Origin: Spirochaetota bacterium
Lineage (GTDB): Bacteria > Spirochaetota > Brevinematia > DTOW01
DNA length: 64,000 nt
Direction: 5' to 3'
NCBI GenBank assembly: GCA_025061835.1
Contig: JANXAC010000007.1
Location: 17,420-81,419 of the forward strand
The notes below the pieces were generated by a model. The model ran no database searches, had not been told where the DNA came from, and worked only from the letters and a program-made list of their open reading frames with translations. The first letter of the stretch is position 1. The number at the start of each line of letters is the position of its first letter. Positions 31,263 through 40,424 of the stretch are shown here, in pieces. The position numbers and the translations under genes are program-made.

Positions 31263-31856
31263 CTACTTGAATGGAAAGAGTTCTCTTTTGCTATATTCTG
31301 ACTTTTCTTTTATTCTCCTACTTGACTCGTAAGCCCTTATTGTAATATTACTTACCTCAGTTATAAGGAAGAATTTGACAACCGAAGGTTTTTCAACTCT
31401 CAATTCATAGTTTCCAAAACTCCAAACTGCGAAATCTGGATACTCATCAGTCGGTGCATCATACTTTCTCTTTGCTTCTCTCAAGAGCTCAGAGTATGAG
31501 TATATTGAAGGATTAAAACTTATTATTATGTTGAAAAGAATGTCTTTATCAAATATGAAGTAGATTGATTTGATATATGGGAGAGAAAGTGCTTTGAGCA
31601 TAAACGGTTTTTCTTTGTCAAAAAATCCTAGATAACTACTTTCATCTATCTCAAGGAATTCGTCTTCTTCAATTATTCTTTCAACATTACTCTTCACCAT
31701 ACCTAGCGTTATACCTCTGTAGGAGAAGTTTGTTATCAGGTATGTTTTGTTAGTATAAGGGTTATAGTTAGTTAAGAAAACGGTTTCTTGAGAGAGACCT
31801 TGTTGACAAACCAAAATAGAAGCAAAATATAAACATAATAACAAACCTATTTTCAT
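31263..31856 (-). CDS. Exported hypothetical protein
   Basis: Signal-peptide-like MKIGLLLCLYFASIL; KYDAP...W...VEKPSVVKF pattern; no firm family. Confidence 0.65.
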   Translation of the reverse strand: MKIGLLLCLYFASILVCQQGLSQETVFLTNYNPYTNKTYLITNFSYRGITLGMVKSNVERIIEEDEFLEIDESSYLGFFDKEKPFMLKALSLPYIKSIYFIFDKDILFNIIISFNPSIYSYSELLREAKRKYDAPTDEYPDFAVWSFGNYELRVEKPSVVKFFLITEVSNITIRAYESSRRIKEKSEYSKRELFPFK

Positions 31857-31968
31857 AATCTGAATTATACCTAAAACAATGTTCGGAAGCAATATAGAAT
31901 GTTTGATACTTTGATTCTACTTTGTGATTTATTACAAAATTTAGTTATACTTAGATTAAGGGGGCGAT

Positions 31969-32364
31969 ATGGATCTTTCAAAGATGAAAGTTAGGGATCT
32001 TATGGTTACTCCTGTATATCATGTCGGTATCAAAGATACTTTGACAAAGGTTGTTGACAAGATGATAAAGTCAAAGATAAGTGGGGTTATAGTTCTTGAT
32101 AAAGACAGACCTGTCGGTATGATATATGCTACGGACCTGGTGAAATATATCTTCGCTCAGGACAAGGCAAAGGATGTCGTAGTTGAAGATATAATTGAGA
32201 AACAGGAAGAAATTGTTTTACAAGAGGATATGTTAATAAAGGATGCTCTAAAGCTAATGATAGCAAAGAACAGAAGAAAGCTCCCTGTGGTTAACAAAAA
32301 CGGAGAAGTTATCGGTGTATTCAGTATTTTTGATGTAGTCAAACATCTCATAGAATTGCTATGA
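31969..32364 (+). CDS. Tandem CBS-domain protein
   Basis: VRDLMVTP, ISGVIV, VGMIYATD, RKLPVVN, GVFSIFD. Confidence 0.9.
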   Translation: MDLSKMKVRDLMVTPVYHVGIKDTLTKVVDKMIKSKISGVIVLDKDRPVGMIYATDLVKYIFAQDKAKDVVVEDIIEKQEEIVLQEDMLIKDALKLMIAKNRRKLPVVNKNGEVIGVFSIFDVVKHLIELL

Positions 32365-32784
32365 AGTGATTTTCAGAGATTTCTTCATAATTACTCTATT
32401 TCCTTCCTCAAAAGAACTATCGTAGATAAGGTCATCAATGAATGTCATTATCATTAGTAATCCTCTCCCTCTGAAGCTTCTGTTATTAACGGATTTTAAT
32501 ATCTTTTCCTTGGATATCTCAAACTTTGGTGCGAAGTCTTGAATAGTTATATTTATTTCTAGGTTATTATCACTTTTTTCAATTGATGCTTCTAATATTA
32601 TTTCTTTGTCTTGACTCCAATGGTATCCGTGTTCCATAATATTTAGTATATACTCATGAATTGCCATTTTCACATCATAGACTTCACTACCTGGTATTCT
32701 GTTGATCTTCATAAACCATTCAATATCATTTTCAAGATCTTTTAAATCAGAAAAGGTAGATAGGATTTTTTTCTTGAAGACCAT
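32359..32784 (-). CDS. RsbW/SpoIIAB-like anti-sigma factor Ser kinase
   Basis: HEYILNIMEHGY, IQDFA, RGRGLLMI HATPase_c boxes. Confidence 0.8.
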   Translation of the reverse strand: MVFKKKILSTFSDLKDLENDIEWFMKINRIPGSEVYDVKMAIHEYILNIMEHGYHWSQDKEIILEASIEKSDNNLEINITIQDFAPKFEISKEKILKSVNNRSFRGRGLLMIMTFIDDLIYDSSFEEGNRVIMKKSLKITS

Positions 32785-32787
32785 AGA

Positions 32788-33129
32788 CTACTTTCCGAAT
32801 AATTTTAGTGCTTCTTCTTCTGACTCCACTATACTTATTACATCATGTAGTCTGGATACATTTAATGTATATTTTATCTTAGGGTTTGTTACTATAACTA
32901 CAACCTTCTCACCTTTTTGGAAGGCATTATTAGCTGCTATGGATAAAAGGCCAATCCCCATAGAGTCAATGTATGTTACTTCTCTTAAATCAAAAATAAA
33001 CTTGACTTTGCCGTCAATTATATTCTTTTGAACTACACTTTCAAAGGGATCAATGTAAAATATACTCAATTCTCCTTTAACTTTAACCTTGACAATATCA
33101 TTACCAACTATCTCAGTTGCGACTTCCAT
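32788..33129 (-). CDS. STAS anti-sigma factor antagonist
   Basis: VKGEL, FDLREVTYIDSMGIG; ATG 33129 after GGAGGG. Confidence 0.88.
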   Translation of the reverse strand: MEVATEIVGNDIVKVKVKGELSIFYIDPFESVVQKNIIDGKVKFIFDLREVTYIDSMGIGLLSIAANNAFQKGEKVVVIVTNPKIKYTLNVSRLHDVISIVESEEEALKLFGK

Positions 33130-33294
33130 AATTCCCTCCGTCTTGATGAATATTTTATATAATAACTTCCCCAAAAACAACATTTTACTAAAGAAATTAA
33201 TAAATCTCAACTTTCATTAGATGAGTAAGACAAGATCCTAGATTTTTGATTAATCACCATTTCAGGTATAAATAATGTCCGTAAGTTGTGAAAT

Positions 33295-33385
33295 TTTAGT
33301 TCAAGATAGTCTTTAGATGCTTGTTATGAGGAGGTTCACCCAGTCCTGAAAGGAACTACGATATAAAGATAAACTTATAACTAAA
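33295..33385 (+). ncRNA. Candidate structured RNA (unassigned; HEARO/omegaRNA-like fragment?)
   Basis: Nested stems TTTAGTT/AACTAAA, GTCTTTA/TAAAGAT, GGTTC/GAACT and TCC-TGAAA-GGA; locally GC-richer than its flanks. Confidence 0.25.
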
Positions 33386-33449
33386 CTATATATTTTTGAG
33401 ACCGTTAATTGAAACTCAACGAATCCTTTATTATACTTTATGTAGTTTT

Positions 33450-34112
33450 ATGATGATACTGTTAGTTATCATCCTATCTATATTAGTTCTATCATGTAAT
33501 CCCATTTTTGAACAGCAAAACAAACTCTACGATAAGGATTTTTTATTTGATGATTTCCAAACATTTGATACCAAAATCTGGGATAAAAGAGAAGTATTTA
33601 TTGGGTTTTCTCAGCTCAAGAGAGAGAACTCTATCATCTCAAATGGTAATCTGGTCATAGTGATACCTGCTAATACTTCGGACACAGGTGGTATACAATC
33701 TGTGGTTGAGTTTCCAAGAGGTAGGTTTTCTGTTTATCTTGAGAATTACCAGACTAATGTAGCATCAGAACTAGAGATTTATTCCCGCAGAGATAATTTA
33801 AGAGTTTCTATAAGTGTTTTCTTTTCTTCTATATACAATGTAGGAGTTCTACAGTACGAAGTGGTATCACCCCTAACGAACATAACATCTACCTACACGA
33901 ACAATGTAAACCTAACTAATAAGATACTTATCACAGTAGATGCTAGTTATAACAGTATAGTTTTTAAGTTAGAAGGTTCTGAAGTAGGAAGAGTTAATAT
34001 TCAGACACCAAGGGAGTTTGAAGTTAGAATAAATACATACTTTAAATCTTATGATATACAGTATTACACTAGAAACCTATATTTTGACTATTTTCACTAC
34101 GAGAAGAACTAA
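33450..34112 (+). CDS. Lipoprotein with GH16/ConA-like pattern, catalytic motif absent
   Basis: Lipobox LVLS-C; LFDDFQTFDTKIW, NSIISNGNLVI, GGIQS...FPRGRF; alternative TTG start 33396. Confidence 0.5.
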   Translation: MMILLVIILSILVLSCNPIFEQQNKLYDKDFLFDDFQTFDTKIWDKREVFIGFSQLKRENSIISNGNLVIVIPANTSDTGGIQSVVEFPRGRFSVYLENYQTNVASELEIYSRRDNLRVSISVFFSSIYNVGVLQYEVVSPLTNITSTYTNNVNLTNKILITVDASYNSIVFKLEGSEVGRVNIQTPREFEVRINTYFKSYDIQYYTRNLYFDYFHYEKN

Positions 34113-35059
34113 GATTTCTTCCTTTTGATTAATCTTTTCGCTACTTCTTTGATAGATTTATAGTCTAATCCAAACCGCTCAAGTAATTCGTAAGGTTTTC
34201 CAGAAACCCCGAATTCGTCATTTACACCAACAAATTCCATAGGTATAGGTTTTTTTGTAGCTAGGAATCTCGCTATCATGCTTCCAAGTCCATTTATGAC
34301 TTCGTGTTCTTCAACAACCATTATCGCTCCGGTTTCTTCAGCAGACTTGAGGACAATCTCTTCATCAAATGGTTTTATAGTGCTCATATTGATGACCCTT
34401 GCACTTATCCCTTCCTTCCTCAGTTCCTCCGAGGCTTTTAAACTTTCTGAAACTGTTACACCATATGATATAATTGTAAGATCCTCACCTTCCATCAAGA
34501 CTCTACCTTTACCAAATTCAAACACATCACTTTCAGAGGTAACAATTGGATAAGGGGTTCTACCAAGTCTCATGTAGAATGGTCCGAATTCCTTTGCTAT
34601 GTATCTAGTTATCTTCTTCGTCTCAATATAATCAACAGGGCAAACAACTCTCATATTTGGTAATACAGACATTATAGAAATGTCCTCAAGTGATTGGGCA
34701 GTCGCACCATCTTCTCCTATCATAAGTCCTGCGTGAGATGCACACAACTTCACATTCAGATTATTATAACATACAGATATTCTTATAAAGTCATAAGCTC
34801 TGTTTGTTAGAAAGACTGCAAACGATGTTGCAAAAACTGTGAATCCTTCTTTTGCCAAGCCTGCAGAGATTCCAACCAAGTTCTGTTCTGCTATTCCAAC
34901 ATTATAAAACCTATTAGGAAACTTCTTTTTAAAATACTCTGCTCTAGTTGAATCCTCAACATCGGCTGAGAGAACTATTATATTCTCATTCTCGTATCCA
35001 AGGTTTAATAACTCTTCACCAAATCCGTCTCTAGTAGGTTTTGCTTGTAAATCACCCAT
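34109..35059 (-). CDS. Transketolase C-terminal subunit
   Basis: TRDGFG, GIAEQN, RAYDFIR, GEDGATAQ, VEEH. Confidence 0.92.
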   Translation of the reverse strand: MGDLQAKPTRDGFGEELLNLGYENENIIVLSADVEDSTRAEYFKKKFPNRFYNVGIAEQNLVGISAGLAKEGFTVFATSFAVFLTNRAYDFIRISVCYNNLNVKLCASHAGLMIGEDGATAQSLEDISIMSVLPNMRVVCPVDYIETKKITRYIAKEFGPFYMRLGRTPYPIVTSESDVFEFGKGRVLMEGEDLTIISYGVTVSESLKASEELRKEGISARVINMSTIKPFDEEIVLKSAEETGAIMVVEEHEVINGLGSMIARFLATKKPIPMEFVGVNDEFGVSGKPYELLERFGLDYKSIKEVAKRLIKRKKS

Positions 35060-35897
35060 GGTTACCTCCTCTAAGTTCTTGTAGTGCTCTGTCTAGTTCT
35101 TCTTTTGTTGGGGCTCGCCCGTGAAAAGCATTATTGTACTCCATAAATGAAATTCCTTTACCTTTAATTGTATTGGATACTATTACTGTAGGTTTTCCAG
35201 ATACTTTACTTGATTCAAATGCATCCAAAGCCTGAAAAATTTCGTCAAAGTTGTGCCCATCTATCTCTATGTAGTTCCAGCCAAAAGCTTCCCATCTGTC
35301 CTTAAGAGGCTCTATACTCAAGATTTCATTCACAAAACCATTTTGCTGTATCTTGTTATAATCAATTATAGCACACAAGTTATTAATCTTATGGAATGAT
35401 GCAAACATAGCCGCTTCCCAAATGCTTCCTTCCTGAACCTCACCATCACCTAGTATTACATAAACATTATAATCTTTATTCTTATATCTTGCCGCGAGTG
35501 CCATACCGATACCTGCTGACAACCCCTGTCCCAATGAGCCTGTGCTAAACTCAACCCCGGGAACACCAGTGTATACATGTCCCTGAAAGTTATAACCTAG
35601 CCTTCTAAAACCTTTCATCACCTCTTCTTCCTCAAAAAAGCCAGCCTTCGCTAATGTAAGATAAACTACAGGAGTTGCATGTCCTTTTGAAATTACAACT
35701 CTATCCCTATCTTCCCAATTTGGATCCTTAGGATTATACCTAATCTTGTAAAAATACAGTGATAGCATTATTTCAACCAGAGATAAAGAACCCCCAGGAT
35801 GACCACTATTAACATTGTGTGTCATTATCAGTATTTTCTCTCTTATATCTTTCGCCATTTCCTTGAGGTTCTCCATGCTGACCTTTTGTCCTAACAT
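35052..35897 (-). CDS. Transketolase N-terminal subunit
   Basis: GHPGGSLS, SKGHA, STGSLGQG, GDGEVQEG...N TPP motif. Confidence 0.93.
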   Translation of the reverse strand: MLGQKVSMENLKEMAKDIREKILIMTHNVNSGHPGGSLSLVEIMLSLYFYKIRYNPKDPNWEDRDRVVISKGHATPVVYLTLAKAGFFEEEEVMKGFRRLGYNFQGHVYTGVPGVEFSTGSLGQGLSAGIGMALAARYKNKDYNVYVILGDGEVQEGSIWEAAMFASFHKINNLCAIIDYNKIQQNGFVNEILSIEPLKDRWEAFGWNYIEIDGHNFDEIFQALDAFESSKVSGKPTVIVSNTIKGKGISFMEYNNAFHGRAPTKEELDRALQELRGGNHG

Positions 35898-35959
35898 ATT
35901 TACCTCCTAATAATACAATAATTATAAAGATTTAAGTGCATAATAAAAAAACTCAAATA

Positions 35960-38251
35960 CTAAGCATCCTCAAAAATATCGTAACATTCTATCGTATCTC
36001 CTTCCCTTACATCCTCAAAGTTTTTAAAGGATATACCACATTCAAGTCCTGCCTTTATTTCACTAACGTCATCTTTGAGATGTTTTAATGAAGATATCTG
36101 ACCGTCAAAAACTAGTGAATTATCTCTGTATATTCTCACTTTAGCTTTTCTCTGGATTACTCCTTCTTTTACATAACATCCTGCCACATTACCAACACCA
36201 CTTATTCTAAAGACTTTCCTAACTTCAGCGGTTCCCAGAATTTTCTCAACAAATGTTGGTTCTTTCATACCTTTCATCTCTTTCTTAATATCTTCTATTA
36301 TCTCATAAATGATATTATACTTCCTTATTCTTACTTTCTCCTTTTCAGCAATCTCACTCGCTTTGGGGACAACTTTAGTTCTAAACGCTATTATTGAAGC
36401 ACCTCCTGCAGATGCAAGCATAACATCACTTTCATTGACCTGACCTACGCCATAGTGTATAACTCTGATAATTGTCTCATCTGTTGAAAGTTTCTCAAGT
36501 GAGTATTTTATAGCCTCAACACTTCCAAAAACGTCACCCTTGATAATATATTTAATCTCCTTAACTTCCTCAAAAAGGTTTTTACTACTCTTTAAACTTT
36601 TTGTATTCTCTATCTTTGAATAGTATTTTCTCTTTTCAGATATACTTTTAGCAATATCCTCTGATTCAACGATGTTTAATTTATCTCCCGCTGATGGTAG
36701 TTCATCTGCACCTATTATCTCACCAGGTAATCCTGGTAACAATTCATTTATTTTATTGCCTTTGTCGTTGAATATGGCTCTTACTTTTCCATAAGTGATC
36801 CCGACAACAAAGTTATCCCCTACTCTTATTACTCCATTTTTGGGTATCACAGTAAAAACAATTCCTCTTCCTTGTTCAACCTTACTCTCTATAACAAATC
36901 CAACTCCTCTTTTCTTAAAATCAGCCTTAAGATCCATAAGCTCTGCCTGTAGTAGTATAGCCTCAAGTAACTTATCAATGTTTAGTTTTTTGAGAGCAGA
37001 TACCTCAACATACATCGTATCACCACCCCACTCGTCGGGTATTAGTCCCATCTCACTTAGTTGATTTTTAACTCTATCTGGATTTGAACCTGGGGCATCA
37101 ATTTTATTTATCGCAACTATTATAGGAACTTTAGCATCTTTTGCGTGATTCAATGCTTCCACTGTTTGTTCCTTTACTCCATCGTCAGCAGCGACAACTA
37201 ACACAACTATGTCGGTAATTTTTGCACCTTTCATTCTCATTGCAGTAAATGCTTCATGACCTGGTGTGTCAATAAATGTTATCTTTTTGCCGTTAATCTC
37301 AACGACTGAAGCACCTATGTGTTGAGTTATGCCTCCTGTCTCAGACTGTGCTACTCTGGTATTTCTTATTACATCAAGTAATGTTGTCTTTCCGTGGTCA
37401 ACATGCCCCATTATGGTCACTACTGGTGTTCGCTCCTTTAAATTCTTTGGATCATCTGGTTCTTCCGGAACATTTATCTCATCAAATACAGATTTAACTA
37501 TAACTTTGGTTCCAAACTCCTCTGCTACAACGATGGCGGTATCTGAATCTATCTTGTCGTTTATCGTCACTGATAATCCAAGTTTTTCAAGAGTTTCTAT
37601 TAGGTCAGCAGCTTTGACATTCATTTTTTTTGCCAGATCACCAACAGTTATAACATCGTATATCTCTATCTCTTCAGGAACTGCGTAGACTTTCTGTTTT
37701 TGAAGCCTTGTAAGCTCTGAGTCAAGCTTTGATTCAAAAGACTCCTCTGTGACTTCAAGGTTTTCAACTTCCTTTTTAGGACGTCTCAGTATCTGTCTCT
37801 TAGGTATAGTAGGTTTTTGAACAAGTGTTTTTGAGGTAGTAGGTCGTGGCTGAACCTTATCTCTTATGCTGAACTTTCTTTCTGCTCTCTGTCCTTGTTT
37901 ATTTTCTCTGTTCTTCTGGAAACTATCTCTACCAAAATATCTTTCATCTCTCCTTTCTCTAGTCAAACCACCTCGCTCTAATGTTCCATTCCCTTCTCCT
38001 CCTTCTTTGAAGGAGTAAGGTCTTTCTCCCCCGTGTCTTACATATCTATTGCTTTTGAAGTTATCTCTTTTACGAAAATCTTTCCTTGTAGTAATATTCT
38101 CTTTATTGATAACTTCACTAGAAACGCTATTATCTGAAGAGGAGTCTGATGAGACATTGCTATCAAATGTCTTTTCAGGTTGAGGAGTCTCAATCGGTTG
38201 AGACTGAACCTTCTTCTTTATTTTTATTTTAAACCTCTTTTTCTCCTCCAT
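35960..38251 (-). CDS. infB: Translation initiation factor IF-2
   Basis: GHVDHGKTT, GGITQHIGA, DTPGHEAF, NKID, GLECG. Confidence 0.98.
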   Translation of the reverse strand: MEEKKRFKIKIKKKVQSQPIETPQPEKTFDSNVSSDSSSDNSVSSEVINKENITTRKDFRKRDNFKSNRYVRHGGERPYSFKEGGEGNGTLERGGLTRERRDERYFGRDSFQKNRENKQGQRAERKFSIRDKVQPRPTTSKTLVQKPTIPKRQILRRPKKEVENLEVTEESFESKLDSELTRLQKQKVYAVPEEIEIYDVITVGDLAKKMNVKAADLIETLEKLGLSVTINDKIDSDTAIVVAEEFGTKVIVKSVFDEINVPEEPDDPKNLKERTPVVTIMGHVDHGKTTLLDVIRNTRVAQSETGGITQHIGASVVEINGKKITFIDTPGHEAFTAMRMKGAKITDIVVLVVAADDGVKEQTVEALNHAKDAKVPIIVAINKIDAPGSNPDRVKNQLSEMGLIPDEWGGDTMYVEVSALKKLNIDKLLEAILLQAELMDLKADFKKRGVGFVIESKVEQGRGIVFTVIPKNGVIRVGDNFVVGITYGKVRAIFNDKGNKINELLPGLPGEIIGADELPSAGDKLNIVESEDIAKSISEKRKYYSKIENTKSLKSSKNLFEEVKEIKYIIKGDVFGSVEAIKYSLEKLSTDETIIRVIHYGVGQVNESDVMLASAGGASIIAFRTKVVPKASEIAEKEKVRIRKYNIIYEIIEDIKKEMKGMKEPTFVEKILGTAEVRKVFRISGVGNVAGCYVKEGVIQRKAKVRIYRDNSLVFDGQISSLKHLKDDVSEIKAGLECGISFKNFEDVREGDTIECYDIFEDA

Positions 38252-39553
38252 TTATTCCTCCTCTACCTCAACCTCTATATACTCATTGACTATCTTGTTT
38301 ATATGTGATATCTCTCTGGAAGAAAATCCCAGAGATTTAAGATCCTCCATTCTTTCCAACAACATACCTATAGTTTTTATATTCTTACTCTTTATTTTGT
38401 CCAGTATGTCTTTATCAAAAGGTAGATAATCAACATAGGTATTTTCGTTAACTTCTTCCTCCTCTATAAATATTTCAGGTTTTTGACTCGTTTTCTCCTC
38501 AACGAGCATAACCTTAACGTCCTTACCGACCATCTGTGAAAATATCTTTACATTTATTGAGTTTTTACCCAAGACATATAAGTATGATTCGTAAATCCTA
38601 ATGAGAATTTCGTTCTGCCGCTCCTCAACTGAATGAACCGAGGATCTGCCGAACACATTTTTGGCAAACTCCTGTGTATCAGGACTCCATAAGACAACAT
38701 CTATCTTCTCACCACTTATCTCTTTTGATACACTCATTATCCTACTTCCCCCAACACCTATACAGGCACCAACGGGGTCAACATCAGGAAATACTGAATA
38801 AACCGCAACTTTAGAACGCTCACCTGGTATTCTACCTACTGCTTTAACTTCAACTATACCTTTACTAACTTCAGGTATATTGTTGTGAAATAGTTTCTTC
38901 ACAAATTCAGGAACAGTTCGTGATAGTATTAGTTTTGCATCCCTGTTAATCTTTCTGTTAGATTCTTGTTTATCCTGTGGGTTGAATATATCAATAAGGA
39001 CTGCTTTTATGGTATCGCCTACTTTGAATAACTTATGGTCCTCAGGCATAAGGTGTTCGTAAGGTATGAAACCATCTATCTTAAAATTCCCGAAATCAAT
39101 GATTAAATCAATATTCCTACCTTTCATGTTGCTAATTTTGCACAGGAATATATCACCTACTTTCGCTTTGAAGATTGAGTTCACCTTATCTCTTTCTATC
39201 TCGGCCTTCTGTGATAAAAGGACATTTCTTATCACATCAATAGCATGTCTGCTAAACTTGCTCGGCAGAACTGGAACTTCTACCTTATCTCCAATCTTTG
39301 GGTTATCTTTGTATTTCTTTGCGTTTTCTAAAGATATTTCCAAGACACTATCTTTTACTTCCTCAACAACCTCCTTGATTGCTAATATTTCAGCTTTTTT
39401 ACCATCCTCACTTATCCTAAATACCATATTATCATAATCTTTTCCATACTCTTTCTTGTATCCTGCCAGTAGAGCTTTTTCAAGCATCTTATGAACAATA
39501 TCTTCAGGCAACTCCATAGCCTGAACTATTTGTTTTATATTCTCAAAAGTCAT
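38252..39553 (-). CDS. nusA: Transcription termination factor NusA
   Basis: S1 plus KH: RIPGERSKVAV, DPVGACIG, GEKIDVV. Confidence 0.93.
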   Translation of the reverse strand: MTFENIKQIVQAMELPEDIVHKMLEKALLAGYKKEYGKDYDNMVFRISEDGKKAEILAIKEVVEEVKDSVLEISLENAKKYKDNPKIGDKVEVPVLPSKFSRHAIDVIRNVLLSQKAEIERDKVNSIFKAKVGDIFLCKISNMKGRNIDLIIDFGNFKIDGFIPYEHLMPEDHKLFKVGDTIKAVLIDIFNPQDKQESNRKINRDAKLILSRTVPEFVKKLFHNNIPEVSKGIVEVKAVGRIPGERSKVAVYSVFPDVDPVGACIGVGGSRIMSVSKEISGEKIDVVLWSPDTQEFAKNVFGRSSVHSVEERQNEILIRIYESYLYVLGKNSINVKIFSQMVGKDVKVMLVEEKTSQKPEIFIEEEEVNENTYVDYLPFDKDILDKIKSKNIKTIGMLLERMEDLKSLGFSSREISHINKIVNEYIEVEVEEE

Positions 39554-39556
39554 AAA

Positions 39557-40090
39557 TTAGACACCTCCGAAGTATTTACCTAAATCAAAATGTAGTTTGA
39601 CATAGGTTATGTCAGAAAGGTCAATCCAAACCTCTCTATCAGAAAACTCAAATTTAACAACATCACCATCAACGCCTAGAATCTTTGCTGTGAAAGTATC
39701 TTTTGTCAAGTTGTAGCTTGAGAAGTTTTTGACTTTTACTTCAACATCTCTACCAGCGAACATTTCATACTCTCTGGTATTCTTCAGGACCCTATTAGCA
39801 CCAGGAGAACTAACAACAAGATTATACCTCAAAGGTATCGGATCCTCAACATCAAGGACTCTTGATACAACATTAGACACCTTTTCACAATCCTTGAGAG
39901 ATATGTTCTTATCCTTTGAAAATATCTCTATCTCCAGTGTTAGGACTTTTCCACGCTTCAATTCCATATTGAGAAGATGATATCCCATATCGCTTAGAAC
40001 TTTGAGAATTTTAGGTTTCACCATACTACTTATTCCTTCAATGTCAATGTATGTATCATGTTCTTTTTGTTTTCTCAAACTCTTTGACAT
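39557..40090 (-). CDS. rimP: Ribosome maturation factor RimP
   Basis: DCEKVS, LDVEDPI, LVVSSPG; rimP-nusA-infB synteny. Confidence 0.93.
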   Translation of the reverse strand: MSKSLRKQKEHDTYIDIEGISSMVKPKILKVLSDMGYHLLNMELKRGKVLTLEIEIFSKDKNISLKDCEKVSNVVSRVLDVEDPIPLRYNLVVSSPGANRVLKNTREYEMFAGRDVEVKVKNFSSYNLTKDTFTAKILGVDGDVVKFEFSDREVWIDLSDITYVKLHFDLGKYFGGV

Positions 40091-40138
40091 ACGATGTAAT
40101 TATATAAAATTTCAAGTGCTATATTCAAATGAAAAGTC

Positions 40139-40376
40139 CTGAAGTTTGATCAAGAGTTTGGCATTTTTTTGGAAGAGTAATTCTTAACACCTCGTGCTCA
40201 TAACTCATCCATACAGTTTCCAAATCCTTCCTGTCTATAAGGTAGGTCAAATGGAAAGTTTTTGACAAAGTAATTTATCGTTTTTGCTTGTCACATTTTA
40301 CCCCTTTGCCTTTACTTTACGATGTAAGAGGAGATTTTTCACTTGATTCTTACCAAACTTTCTTACAAACTTTAGA
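40139..40376 (-). repeat. Dispersed ~230-bp intergenic repeat, copy A (MITE-like)
   Basis: Reverse complement aligns with 61021-61249; core 40150-40235 is about 85% identical to 61161-61249. Confidence 0.85.
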
Positions 40377-40424
40377 TTCTACAAGTAGAAAAACAAATTA
40401 CGATATAGGTATAATTTTGTTAGG

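Noticed and set aside
33334-33360. SRP (4.5S) RNA or fluoride riboswitch identity for the TCC-TGAAA-GGA hairpin
   Set aside because: Lacks the CAGG/AGCAG symmetric loop of SRP and the GGCGAUG...CGCC pattern of the fluoride aptamer
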